DNA of 64,000 nucleotides from an uncultured Methanolobus sp. (GTDB lineage Archaea; Halobacteriota; Methanosarcinia; Methanosarcinales; Methanosarcinaceae): assembly GCA_963675495.1 (NCBI GenBank), contig OY776215.1:1248001-1312000 (forward strand). Direction: 5' to 3'. The notes under the pieces are model-generated. The model saw only the letters and a list, made by a program, of their open reading frames with translations, did not search any database and was not told the DNA's origin. Position 1 is the first letter of the stretch. The number at the start of each line of letters is the position of its first letter. The translations under genes were made by a program, and so were the position numbers. Shown piece by piece: positions 9,475-19,471 of the stretch.

Positions 9475-9692
9475 TTTCACCTCCAGATAAGGACTTTAAA
9501 ATAGAAGTATATAGCATTTTTGATTATTACAAAAAAGGATAATACCAATAATGGCTTTATTGTTAATTAAAACCTTTTTTAAAGCTTGAAAAATTGTATA
9601 GAGAAGTATTAAGCATTATTTACGGTTAAAACACTAAAAAAAACCTAGTATATGTTAATAATTTATTACAGTTGAAATATATATAGATAAAC

Positions 9693-9727
9693 TGTATGTG
9701 TTGTGCGTGTTGTGTACAACACATACA
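9693..9727. repeat. Perfect 12-bp inverted repeat with 11-nt spacer
   Basis: TGTATGTGTTGT (9693-9704) and ACAACACATACA (9716-9727). Confidence 0.8.
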
Positions 9728-9823
9728 CAATCATTCCGAAAAGCTTATAAGCATGAGTGGACAATAATTTTGCTTTCGTAAAACATAAATAAGACATCAG
9801 ACCCAACTAATTGTGCCGGTCGA

Positions 9824-10864
9824 TCATATCTTAAAACGCAGAAGTGCAGCAATTCCACCAAGTGCAAGTAATTTTTGACCGGGTTCAAAGATTGTACTGA
9901 AAACAACAATTTTTCCCTGATTGTTCTCAACGTCCCTTAAAAAGGAGTCTATACCACCTTTTTCACGTTCTATCCTCAACATCTCGTCTGCCACAAGAAG
10001 GGTGCCAATTGACCCGTAATCCAGAGCCATTTTCACCTCTTCAAGGCCATAAGCAACTTTACCATCAGTTGATATTTCCTTAAGCAACTCATCCATTAGA
10101 CGAGATTCACGGGCTATACGTGACTCCTCCATTATCCTGTCAACTGCCCCACGCCTCAAAACTTCCTGAAAACCGGACATGCCTATTGAAGAGACATCTT
10201 CGGTAATGACCCTTGAGGCCAGTTCAGGCTCTTTGGAAGCTATGTATTTCATGAAATCCTCTTTTGTAAACCCAGGCCCTGCAACAACAATTGCTTCAGA
10301 TTCCGATGCTGCATGAATAAGCTGCCCGGTAATTTCCTGGAAAAAGACTTCTCTTAAGGTACCTTCTCCCTTCCCTGATGATTGGCTTATATGAGAATAT
10401 GTCTCTATGCCATAGTGGCGTACAAGACCGATATCCGCGTCACCTTCTTCAATAGCTACAATTACAACCTTAGGACGTTTTGAACTCGCCTCTGCTTCAT
10501 CAATACGTTCAAGCTGGTCTTTTTTCCATGTTTTTGTGATAGAAATATCAAGACCTTCCTCTACATTAAAAGTATGATAATGACCCGCATCCATTCCATG
10601 CTCAATGGGACCGTGTACTCTCAACCTGTTTGAAAACTTATGAAACTCAAGTTCTTCAACCCTGACACCAAGTCTCACTGTCTTTTTTTCAACTTTTTCC
10701 GGCCGAAGTTTATCAGCAACCCCATCAGCCTTCCTTTTGGTCAGAGCAAAGATAAGGTCACCTTTCTCTATAATATACTTCAGGTGCCACAGGTCATCCA
10801 ATGTTTCAGGAACCAGTGTTATCTCACCCTCTCTACCTCTTAACATTCTTTTTTTGACCCTAAT
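9824..10864 (-). CDS. pelA: mRNA surveillance / ribosome rescue protein pelota
   Basis: PETLDDLWHL, EFHKFSNRLRVHG, YHT, VAGPGF and LGGIAALLRF. Start extended to ATT at 10864 (MRVKKRMLRG, RBS GAGGGTG); ORF track start 10846. Confidence 0.93.
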   Translation of the reverse strand: MRVKKRMLRGREGEITLVPETLDDLWHLKYIIEKGDLIFALTKRKADGVADKLRPEKVEKKTVRLGVRVEELEFHKFSNRLRVHGPIEHGMDAGHYHTFNVEEGLDISITKTWKKDQLERIDEAEASSKRPKVVIVAIEEGDADIGLVRHYGIETYSHISQSSGKGEGTLREVFFQEITGQLIHAASESEAIVVAGPGFTKEDFMKYIASKEPELASRVITEDVSSIGMSGFQEVLRRGAVDRIMEESRIARESRLMDELLKEISTDGKVAYGLEEVKMALDYGSIGTLLVADEMLRIEREKGGIDSFLRDVENNQGKIVVFSTIFEPGQKLLALGGIAALLRFKI

Positions 10865-10910
10865 TGTAACACCCTCTGATATATTCCATGTATCGTCCCA
10901 AATAACCCCA

Positions 10911-12905
10911 TTATTGCCCTTTGAGATCAGATTCCCCCGGAGGAAGCATCTTTGCGATCTTATCAGGAGAAGCTATTTGCTTTACAAAATTGGTTTCTTT
11001 CAATTTATCAACGTATATTTTGTATATCTTTTTCGCTACATCATTCTGATTGAACTTACCCTGAACAACTTCAACGATATGTTCCCCATGCTTACTGACA
11101 GCAGACAACGGACCGCCTATAACCCTAGTATTGCCTTTAAGCTGAAGTGCTACAGCGGCACCCACCTGTATGTCCCGGAAATAATTTCGCTCACCTCGAA
11201 TAACGAACGAACCTTTCTTAAGATACTCACCGGATTCCGGTGTTTTTGACACCTGCTCAGGTTTTACCCAATAGCAGTCACCACTGAACTGACCGGATTT
11301 CCATACACTCGAATATGATACCACGAACTGTGCAGTTTCATTCAAAGTTTGCTCCGGCACATCTTCACCCTGTGTCTTGATAACTGTAATAGGGGCACCC
11401 GGAACCTGTGTATGGAATACGAGATCCCTCTTTTCCATGTACTTCTTTACGATCTCCTCATTACTGTCTGCATCCCTGCCGGCAATCACAAGGAAACCAT
11501 CCGAGGACATGAACCACCTGTACCGCTCATACCAGTATTTCTTTGTGTTGACCTTCCGTTTATTGGACACTTTCTTTTCCCTTTTCTGCATTGCGAGTTT
11601 TGTATCCTCTATTGCTTTTAAGGCTCCCTCTCTTTTCCTTGTGAGCTTCTTGGCCCTATCATAGTAGACCTGTGCATTCTGTGGAACAGTCAATTTAAGA
11701 TCGATCGTGGCATTTATACCATCAAGATCGAGGACGATGTTTCCGGCTGCAGAGTCAATATTCGAGATCCATTTTGAAGCTGGCACCGTGTCCTTTGCTT
11801 TTTTGAGTATGGACTTGATATCAGCCCATGAATAGCCATTTGCACGAGCTTGCTTGAGAATACCTACAACCTCTTCTATTTCGACATAATGAGCATAGAC
11901 CTTTTCTGCTATCTGGGTCTGCTTATCAGAATCCTCGCCGAATTTCTTGATAGCATCCTGTTGTTTCTGGAGCCTGCGTGCATAAATATCAACTTTTTCC
12001 TTTTTGACCGCAGTTACCTGCTCCTGCACGGATTCTGCAGACATCTTTCCGAAGAACGCATCGAGTGCCCCATTAAATGTGGGAAAGAACTCTTTTTCGT
12101 AATCCCTGTAAATATCCAGTTCAAAAGGAAGCACATCAAATGCCTGCATTTCCCCTTTAACTTCTTTTTTGACCATGCACGGATTCAAAGTTCCTGACAG
12201 AAGAGGGGAGAACATATCCTTTAATGCAGAAATGATAGCCGTAATACCATCTGAACCTATATCCTTTGCAGATTCAGCCTTGTTGATACCGGACCTTGCA
12301 CATACCTCTTCAGCAAGAACACCACCCAGATTAAATCTTGTGGCAATGGTCCTTACAACATCCGCATCAGATTGGGAGAATGCTGTTTCAAGATCCTCAA
12401 CTCCAGCCTCCACAGGGCTTATCTGTGCTTCCGGGTACTGGTAAACCTCACCACTGCGTATCCTCCTTCCCTTGAACGTCACAGGTTTCATTGGCAAAAT
12501 TATCTTTCTTTCTGAATCCAGAAGAACGATGTTTCCGGGAGAAAATAATTCGACAACAAGTATGGTATCCACACCACCACGTACAACACCTATCTCCAGT
12601 ATCCGGTCAAAATCATACTGTTTGACAAAAGTGATACGTCCTGCCATTATGTGTTTCCTGAGCATCATGGGGAATGACTGAGGAAGCTTTGGACTGGGGC
12701 GCAGGTGCTGGCTCATATGGGCACGTTTTCCTGCCTCAATAACAAGATTGTCCCTGCCTTTATTGTAAATAAAAAGGTTTATCCTTATCTCATCAGCCGC
12801 CGGCTGGTATATTTTGGCTATTTTTGCATCTATAATAGATGTCTCACCAGAGCTAAGCTCAAGTGCAAGAGTAGCCACATCAGCACTTGTCATTTCCTTC
12901 TTCAT
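10911..12905 (-). CDS. rqcH: Ribosome quality-control protein RqcH/Rqc2 (NFACT family)
   Basis: MTSADV; F.M.LRKH; Q..FDRI; WYERYRWFMSSDGFLVIAGRDA..NE; VSKTPESGEYL.KGSFVIRGERNY. Start set at ATG 12905. Confidence 0.93.
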   Translation of the reverse strand: MKKEMTSADVATLALELSSGETSIIDAKIAKIYQPAADEIRINLFIYNKGRDNLVIEAGKRAHMSQHLRPSPKLPQSFPMMLRKHIMAGRITFVKQYDFDRILEIGVVRGGVDTILVVELFSPGNIVLLDSERKIILPMKPVTFKGRRIRSGEVYQYPEAQISPVEAGVEDLETAFSQSDADVVRTIATRFNLGGVLAEEVCARSGINKAESAKDIGSDGITAIISALKDMFSPLLSGTLNPCMVKKEVKGEMQAFDVLPFELDIYRDYEKEFFPTFNGALDAFFGKMSAESVQEQVTAVKKEKVDIYARRLQKQQDAIKKFGEDSDKQTQIAEKVYAHYVEIEEVVGILKQARANGYSWADIKSILKKAKDTVPASKWISNIDSAAGNIVLDLDGINATIDLKLTVPQNAQVYYDRAKKLTRKREGALKAIEDTKLAMQKREKKVSNKRKVNTKKYWYERYRWFMSSDGFLVIAGRDADSNEEIVKKYMEKRDLVFHTQVPGAPITVIKTQGEDVPEQTLNETAQFVVSYSSVWKSGQFSGDCYWVKPEQVSKTPESGEYLKKGSFVIRGERNYFRDIQVGAAVALQLKGNTRVIGGPLSAVSKHGEHIVEVVQGKFNQNDVAKKIYKIYVDKLKETNFVKQIASPDKIAKMLPPGESDLKGQ

Positions 12906-13003
12906 GCGGGGACTATTACGTAGATGGTGACTATAAGGTTTATGACGCATTAAATAGATTTAATAGCAAACCATGATTCTCAGCGAGGAGACACAGGCAT
13001 CAG

Positions 13004-14179
13004 ATGAATGAGAGTACAAGACGATTTTTAGTATCTGCATTCCAGAATTACTATTCCCAGGCAGACATAAGACTTCCACCAGAATTCACATCAAGGGAAT
13101 GGGGATTCATCGAATTTACCAGCGGTCAGGATACTTTCATGAAAAGACACCGTGCCTTTGGATCAGAGGGTGAACTACATGATTACCTCAGAGGCATAGG
13201 TCCGGCACATGCATATTATTCCGTGGCATACTACGAATACCCTGGTGCCCCGAAGATGAAAGAGAAGAACTGGCAAAAAGCAGACCTTATATTCGATATT
13301 GATTCAGACCATCTGCCCGGTGACATAAACTCGTATGCCGACATGCTTGAAAAAGGAAAGAGAGAGACATTGAAACTGCTTGAGTTCCTCATGGGAGATT
13401 TTGGATTTAGCGAAAATGAAGTGCATGCCGTGTTTTCAGGAGGAAGAGGGTACCACTTCCACATCAGCGAAGAATCTGTACTTTCACTGGGAAGTGCAGA
13501 GAGAAGAGAAATTGTTGATTATGTCAGTTCCAAGGGTCTCAATCTGGAAAGGATATTCTCCAAAAGAGAGATTATAGGGGATGCAGGCACTGAATCTGCT
13601 AAAATGGCAGTGCTTCCTTCCGAGGATGAAGGAGGATGGGGCGGAAGGATCAACCGCTACCTTATATCGTATTTATCATCCCTGGCCAAAAACGAGAATG
13701 CTATAGAGATACTTACAGGATTCGATGGAATAGGTGAAGTAAACGCAGAGAAATTAGTAATGGTTTTTCAGGATGAAGCACGAGTAGCATTATTAAGAAA
13801 GGGCAAGATGGATGCACTTGGAGGAATTAGGAAAGAGATTCTGGAAACGATTGTGAAGCAAGGTGTTTTCCAGATGGCTGCATGTGTTGACGAGCCAGTA
13901 ACAGCAGATATTAAACGTCTGATACGTCTTCCAGGGTCACTACACGGGAAATCAGGGATGAAGGTCACAGCTCTTAAAATAGAGGAACTTCAGGAATTCG
14001 AGCCATTAAATGATGCAATCGTGTTCAGTGACAAGTCGGTAAAAATAAAAGTGATTAAACCGTTTGCTGTGCAAATGAAAGGAAAGGACCTCATGGTCGA
14101 GGAAGGTATACAGGACGTACCGGAGTATGCCGCAGTATATCTTATGTGTAGAGGTGTAGCTGAATATGGATCACACTGA
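13004..14179 (+). CDS. priS: DNA primase catalytic subunit
   Basis: REWGF, DLIFDID.DH, FSGGRGYH and DEPVTADIKRLIRLPGSLHGKSG. Confidence 0.95.
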   Translation: MNESTRRFLVSAFQNYYSQADIRLPPEFTSREWGFIEFTSGQDTFMKRHRAFGSEGELHDYLRGIGPAHAYYSVAYYEYPGAPKMKEKNWQKADLIFDIDSDHLPGDINSYADMLEKGKRETLKLLEFLMGDFGFSENEVHAVFSGGRGYHFHISEESVLSLGSAERREIVDYVSSKGLNLERIFSKREIIGDAGTESAKMAVLPSEDEGGWGGRINRYLISYLSSLAKNENAIEILTGFDGIGEVNAEKLVMVFQDEARVALLRKGKMDALGGIRKEILETIVKQGVFQMAACVDEPVTADIKRLIRLPGSLHGKSGMKVTALKIEELQEFEPLNDAIVFSDKSVKIKVIKPFAVQMKGKDLMVEEGIQDVPEYAAVYLMCRGVAEYGSH

Positions 14180-14864
14180 ACTTAAAAACGTGCTCAGGGA
14201 AGAAAGTAGTTCAGCACTTAAGTCACTACACCCGGGCTTTTTCCCTGACGTGGAAAAATACTTGAAGGAGCTTGAAGAAGAGATACGCAGTGTAAACAAC
14301 CCACGCTCTGTTGAGTCAAAGATGCTTGATACTGAATTGCAGAGCGCGATCACAGACATAGAAGTAATATTTATACGCCGCATCAGGAAAATAATAACCA
14401 GTGCCACAACAAATGCATTTTCCAGCAAGTCCCCTTCCCAGGATATGAGCAAACTACTTCCTGAAGAGAGAAAAGTATACGATGCTGTGCTTTCAGCGAT
14501 CAATACGGCACGTAAGGAACTGATCGAACCGATACTCGATCCTCAGTCGATCAAGAGCAAAGTGAAGACAAGCTCAGAAAAAGATAATATCGATTCGCAG
14601 GGAATGGAAGAGGTGCAAACCGACCGGCATGACGATGAACAGCAGGTCGCTACAATTCCAAAGAACGACCGAAGCAATAATGAGGAAATAGGCAAAAGTA
14701 ATATAAATAAGGAATTCGTTGTTGTGCGAATACTGGAGGACCTGCCTACTTTCAAGGCTATGGATAATCGCAATTACACATTACATGCCGAAGACGTTAT
14801 CGTGTTACCTGCCCTGAATGTAAAAGGGCTGATAAAACGTAATGTGGCACAAATTATCATATAA
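14166..14864 (+). CDS. DNA replication GINS family protein (GINS15/51-like)
   Basis: Helical A domain (RRIRKI, LLPEE), acidic linker, C-terminal B domain (VVVRILEDLP...EDVIVLP); conserved priS-GINS-L44e synteny. Confidence 0.82.
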   Translation: MDHTELKNVLREESSSALKSLHPGFFPDVEKYLKELEEEIRSVNNPRSVESKMLDTELQSAITDIEVIFIRRIRKIITSATTNAFSSKSPSQDMSKLLPEERKVYDAVLSAINTARKELIEPILDPQSIKSKVKTSSEKDNIDSQGMEEVQTDRHDDEQQVATIPKNDRSNNEEIGKSNINKEFVVVRILEDLPTFKAMDNRNYTLHAEDVIVLPALNVKGLIKRNVAQIII

Positions 14865-14893
14865 AAAATATCTAACTTATCAAGGTGAAGATA

Positions 14894-15172
14894 ATGAAGA
14901 TTCCAAAGAGATTCAGAACACATTGCCCTTCCTGCAAAAAGCACACAGAGCATGTTGCAGAAAGAGTAAAGAAGGGAAAAGCATCATCATTGACGCACAT
15001 CGAGAGACAGAAGAAACGCCAGACCGGAATTGGAAACAGTGGTAAATTCTCAAAGGTGCCTGGTGGAGACAAGCCAACAAAGAGAGTATGGCTCAGATAC
15101 AGATGCTCAGAATGTAATAAAGCACATCAGAGACCATGCTTCAGAGCAAAGAAATTCGATTTTGCGGAGTGA
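14894..15172 (+). CDS. rpl44e: 50S ribosomal protein L44e
   Basis: MKIPK...CPSCKKHT.H...KPTK...CSEC zinc ribbon. Confidence 0.95.
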   Translation: MKIPKRFRTHCPSCKKHTEHVAERVKKGKASSLTHIERQKKRQTGIGNSGKFSKVPGGDKPTKRVWLRYRCSECNKAHQRPCFRAKKFDFAE

Positions 15173-15355
<183 letters not shown>

Positions 15356-15371
15356 ATAAAAGTGATTTATA

Positions 15372-16169
15372 ATGGATGAGAACATTTGGCCCGAAAGCGG
15401 GGATTTTGTCGTTTGCACGGTAACAAACGTTACGGACTTTGGTGCATACACTTCCCTTGAAGAATTCAGTGGAAAGGAAGGATTTATCCACATATCGGAG
15501 ATCAAGGCCGGATGGGTCAAATATGTAAGAGACTATGTACGTGAAGGTCAGAAAGTAGTCTGCAAAGTATTGAATGTAGACCCTTCCCGACGCCACATTG
15601 ACCTGTCCCTCAAAGATGTTAATGAGCACCAGAAACGTGCAAAGATACAGGACTGGAAGAACGAACAGAAGGCATTCAAGTGGCTTCAGTTCGTTGCTGA
15701 AGAAACAGGCACCAGTGAAGATGAGATGGACAAGTTAAAGCTCAACTTGCTGGAAAGTTTTGGAAGTCTTTATTCCGTGTTTGAAGAAGCAGCCATTAAT
15801 GCAGAGGATGCTTTTAACGAAGTAAAGATGAAGAAGAAGCTTGTTGCAAGCATCGTCACTGTCGCCCAGAGCAACATCAAATTGCCTTTTGTGGATATCG
15901 CAGGATTTGTAGACCTCAATTGCTATCTCCCTGATGGAATCGATATCATCAAACTGGCCTTAGATGCCGGAAATGAAAATGATGAGGAAGGAGTCAGAGT
16001 TGATATCAGTTATACAGGTGCTCCAAGATATCGCATAAAAGTGATAGCTCCTGACTATAAGAAAGCAGAAGCAGTATTGAAGAAGTCTGCAACAGCAGCC
16101 ATCAGCACTATTGAAAAGCTTGGTGGAAAAGGCGAATTCCACAGACACAATGATACTGTAAAGGCGTGA
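15372..16169 (+). CDS. eif2a: Translation initiation factor aIF2 subunit alpha
   Basis: S1 domain (GAY..L.E..GKEGFIHISE; IDLSLK); GAPRYRIKVIAPDYK. Confidence 0.95.
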   Translation: MDENIWPESGDFVVCTVTNVTDFGAYTSLEEFSGKEGFIHISEIKAGWVKYVRDYVREGQKVVCKVLNVDPSRRHIDLSLKDVNEHQKRAKIQDWKNEQKAFKWLQFVAEETGTSEDEMDKLKLNLLESFGSLYSVFEEAAINAEDAFNEVKMKKKLVASIVTVAQSNIKLPFVDIAGFVDLNCYLPDGIDIIKLALDAGNENDEEGVRVDISYTGAPRYRIKVIAPDYKKAEAVLKKSATAAISTIEKLGGKGEFHRHNDTVKA

Positions 16170-16176
16170 GATACCA

Positions 16177-16356
16177 TTGGGACAAAAGATCTTCAGATGT
16201 CAGAAATGTGGCAGATATACCCTTGAAACTATTTGCCATAAATGTGGTTTGAAAGCTGTTAGACCACAACCTGCAAGATTTTCCCCAAAAGATCCTTATG
16301 GTAAGTATCGTAGATTAGCGAGAAAAGAGGGATATCTATGCAGGAAATTGAAGTAA
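16177..16356 (+). CDS. nop10: H/ACA RNP protein Nop10
   Basis: Manual translation from TTG: ..CQKCGRYTL..CHKCG...PQPARFSPKDPYGKYRR; conserved position after aIF2a. Confidence 0.93.
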   Translation: MGQKIFRCQKCGRYTLETICHKCGLKAVRPQPARFSPKDPYGKYRRLARKEGYLCRKLK

Positions 16357-17114
16357 TTCGTATCAAAGAAGACGTTCAGCTAAATAACCCGGTATTTATC
16401 GTAGGACTTCCCGGAGTCGGCCATGTTGGTAAACTTGTTGCTGAGCACCTGGTAGAAGAACTCAACGCAGAAAAGATACTGGAAATCTATTCCCAACATT
16501 TTCCACCTCAGGTCCTTGTTGATGAGAACAGTGAGACCCACCTGGTCAATAATGAGATGTATGTATGCAAGACAGAAAAGCATGATATTCTCGCACTTAT
16601 AGGGGATCACCAGAGTTCTTCCACAGAGGGACACTACAAGCTCTGTACACTTTACCTTGATATTGCCCGTGAGTTTGGAGTACAGAGAATATACACACTT
16701 GGAGGATTCCCCACCGGACAACTGACCTATTCAGAAGAGGTACTCGGTGCAGTAAACAACCTGGAAATGATCGAAGAACTCAAAGAGTACGGAGTGAATT
16801 TCAAGGAAAACGAACCTGGTGGAGGAATTGTTGGTGCTTCCGGACTTTTGCTTGGCATGAGCAAATTAGAAAAAATAGATGCAGCATGCCTTATGGGACT
16901 CACTTCCGGTTATCTTGTTGATCCGAAAAGTGCGCAGTCACTGCTAAAGGTAATCTGCAAGATATTCGAGCTCAACATTGATGTGGGACCTCTTGAAGAG
17001 CGTGCCAAGGAAATGGAAAAGATCGTTGCAAGGCTTAAGGAAGTGGAACAGCAACAGAAAGGAATGCCAGAAATGAGCGCTGTTCAGGATGATGACCTCA
17101 GATATATTGGCTAA
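16338..17114 (+). CDS. PAC2 family proteasome assembly chaperone-like protein
   Basis: GLPGVGHVGKL, FPPQV, TLGG, GGIVGASGLLLG, CLMG.TSGYLVDPKSA. Confidence 0.88.
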   Translation: MQEIEVIRIKEDVQLNNPVFIVGLPGVGHVGKLVAEHLVEELNAEKILEIYSQHFPPQVLVDENSETHLVNNEMYVCKTEKHDILALIGDHQSSSTEGHYKLCTLYLDIAREFGVQRIYTLGGFPTGQLTYSEEVLGAVNNLEMIEELKEYGVNFKENEPGGGIVGASGLLLGMSKLEKIDAACLMGLTSGYLVDPKSAQSLLKVICKIFELNIDVGPLEERAKEMEKIVARLKEVEQQQKGMPEMSAVQDDDLRYIG

Positions 17115-17120
17115 AATAGA

Positions 17121-18341
17121 ATGTTGATCAATGCCGACCTTCATCTTCATTCCAAATATTCGATGGCTTGTTCGAATAAAATGGAACTGCCAGTAATGGC
17201 AGAAGAAGCGGCGAAAAAAGGTGTAGACCTGGTTGCAACCGGGGACTGCACACATCCCGAATGGTTAAAGGCCATCAAAAAAGCATCAATTGATGATGAG
17301 ACTATAACCATCGGAAAAACTAATTTTATAATAACTACCGAAGTGGAAGACAGCAGTCGCGTACACCACTTACTTATTTTACCATCGATCTCAAAAGCTG
17401 AAGAGCTTGCGGAGAGACTAAGCCGGCACTGTAACCTTAAAGCTGACGGAAGACCCACTGTCAGGCTAAATGGACGCGATATTGCCGAAATTGCAAAAGA
17501 CATAGATGCAATGGTAGGTCCATGCCATGCATTCACGCCATGGACAGCATTGTATGCATACCATGATTCACTCAAAAGCTGTTACGGAGATATGACAGAC
17601 TATATTTCATTCCTTGAACTTGGTCTTAGCGCAGACAGCGACTATGCAGACAGGATAGAAGAACTTCACAGGCTGACCTTCCTTTCAAACTCAGATGCAC
17701 ACTCCCCCTGGTCCAACAAACTGGCACGGGAATTCAACCAGATCAACGTCCCTGAGGTATCCTTTGAAGGACTGCGAAAAGCGATCATGAGAGAAGATGG
17801 CTATGGAGTAACATATAATGTTGGATTCTACCCACAGGAAGGTAAATACAATGAATCCGCATGTATCAAATGCTTTACACATTACAGCTTTGAAGAATGT
17901 CTGGAAAACAATTGGAAATGCAGCAAATGTAACGGGCTTGTCAAAAAAGGTGTAAAGGACAGGGTAAACGAGCTTGCAAATTTCGATGAGCCAAAACATC
18001 CCCCACACAGACCACCTTATATTCACTTGATGCCTCTGTCAGAGATAATAATGACAGCCCTTGGCCATGCAAGCATAAACACCAAAGGTGTCCAGACTAT
18101 CTGGAACAGCCTGATGGAAAGGTATGATGACGAGCTGAACGTTCTCCTGAATGCCGAAATAAGTGAAATGGATTTTCTGGATAAACGTGTTGCAAACGCA
18201 ATACTTGCCTTCAGGGAAAAGAAACTGATAATCCACCCCGGTGGCGGCGGCCAGTACGGTCGCATAGAGATCCCGCAGGAATTAGAGGAAACATACCCTG
18301 CTCCCCACAAAAAGAACCAGAGTTCACTTTTTGATTTCTAA
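17121..18341 (+). CDS. PHP-family phosphoesterase with zinc ribbon (TIGR00375 / EndoQ-like)
   Basis: DLHLHSKYS, TGD, HAFTPW, ELGLSAD, SNSDAHS, GKY, CIKC..CSKC, PGGGGQYG. Confidence 0.85.
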   Translation: MLINADLHLHSKYSMACSNKMELPVMAEEAAKKGVDLVATGDCTHPEWLKAIKKASIDDETITIGKTNFIITTEVEDSSRVHHLLILPSISKAEELAERLSRHCNLKADGRPTVRLNGRDIAEIAKDIDAMVGPCHAFTPWTALYAYHDSLKSCYGDMTDYISFLELGLSADSDYADRIEELHRLTFLSNSDAHSPWSNKLAREFNQINVPEVSFEGLRKAIMREDGYGVTYNVGFYPQEGKYNESACIKCFTHYSFEECLENNWKCSKCNGLVKKGVKDRVNELANFDEPKHPPHRPPYIHLMPLSEIIMTALGHASINTKGVQTIWNSLMERYDDELNVLLNAEISEMDFLDKRVANAILAFREKKLIIHPGGGGQYGRIEIPQELEETYPAPHKKNQSSLFDF

Positions 18342-18390
18342 ACATTACCTCGTTACCTTTTTAAGAGATTAAGACCTTCAAATCCAAAGT

Positions 18391-18505
18391 GCCGAGGTGG
18401 CAGAGCGGACTAATCCAGAGGCAAATGCCTCTGGAGTCCATACGCGACCGGCTCGAGACCGGTTTCTCCGGGAGGAGTGCTTGGGTTCAAATCCCAACCT
18501 CGGCG
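18391..18505 (+). tRNA. tRNA-Ser(CGA) with a 29-nt intron in the D-loop (position 21/22)
   Basis: Acceptor GCCGAGG/CCTCGGC plus discriminator G; anticodon arm ACCGG-CTCGAGA-CCGGT (CGA at 18454-18456); long variable arm; T arm TTGGG-TTCAAAT-CCCAA; insert 18413-18441 folds as a bulge-helix structure. Confidence 0.92.
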
Positions 18506-18727
18506 TAAAAATACAGTTTCATGCCTAACACTTTCAATGAGCAAATTGAATATCCTGAGTGAATGGTTTGGGAATGATCTTAACCACATACAATGTCAGG
18601 CATATACAGAACACTCGCTGTGCATGATGCTGCATGTTGTAAATGAACTCTTTTTTTGTCACAGTAAATGCTGATACTAGCTTTTGCTTTACTTGTGCAA
18701 ACCTGATTTCTGGATGTGGATTTCTGA

Positions 18728-19471
18728 GGAGGGAATAGATTCGGCACATTCGGAATCTTTACAGACATTGTAAGTTCCAGTTCCTCCAGTCCCTCTGTAT
18801 CTTCCAATCCCAGTACCAGTTCCAGCAGTGGCTCTGTAGCTACAAGGGTAAGGTCACAGGGAACTACAACCGATATGCCTACAAATGAAGATGGAGAAGT
18901 AACCGTTGACATCGTTGCAAAGTCCTCAGACACAAAAACAACCCTGGCACTGTACAAAGGAACAGTAGGTACTGACCCTTCAGGCAATCCGGTGAATAAG
19001 ATCATAGTAACCGTGCCTGCATCCCTTCCGACAGATACTCCTGAAGAGGTCATCGAATCAGGACTTTATTATGACTTTGGACCATCGGGAACCTCCTTCA
19101 ATAAGGAAGTCCTGATAACCATCGATTTCGATCCTGAAGAGTTCGAGGGCAAAGCTCCAACGATCTATACTTACACAGCTGAAGGTGGATGGGAAGCCCT
19201 GGAAACAACTATTGACTGGGAAAATGGCGTAGCAACCGCAAAGATAAGCCACTTTTCAATGTATGCATTGTTTGGAAATGATGCAGAAGAAGTGGAAGAT
19301 ATTGCGGTGGAAACACCGGTAGTAAATACTGACTCTCCTGTTGAGGTCGAAACAACAACAACAGAAGATGATGGTAATTCCGGCTATTTCTATTGGTTCA
19401 CAGGTATTGGATTTGTTCTGGTGCTTGGAATAGTTGTTATAAGGAACAAGAAGGGGAATGGGGGGCTTTAA
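18728..19471 (+). pseudogene. 5'-truncated cell-surface protein (PGF-pre-PGF/S-layer-like domain, Ser-rich linker, C-terminal TM anchor)
   Basis: Frame open from 18728 (after TGA 18725): FGTFGIF, Ser-rich linker, ...GWEALETTIDWENGVATAKISHFSMYALF, TM helix plus RNKK. No signal peptide or RBS-linked start. Confidence 0.6.

Noticed and set aside
18477-18749. ORFs 18477-18674 (+) and 18534-18749 (-)
   Set aside because: The first overlaps the tRNA; neither has an RBS or a recognisable motif
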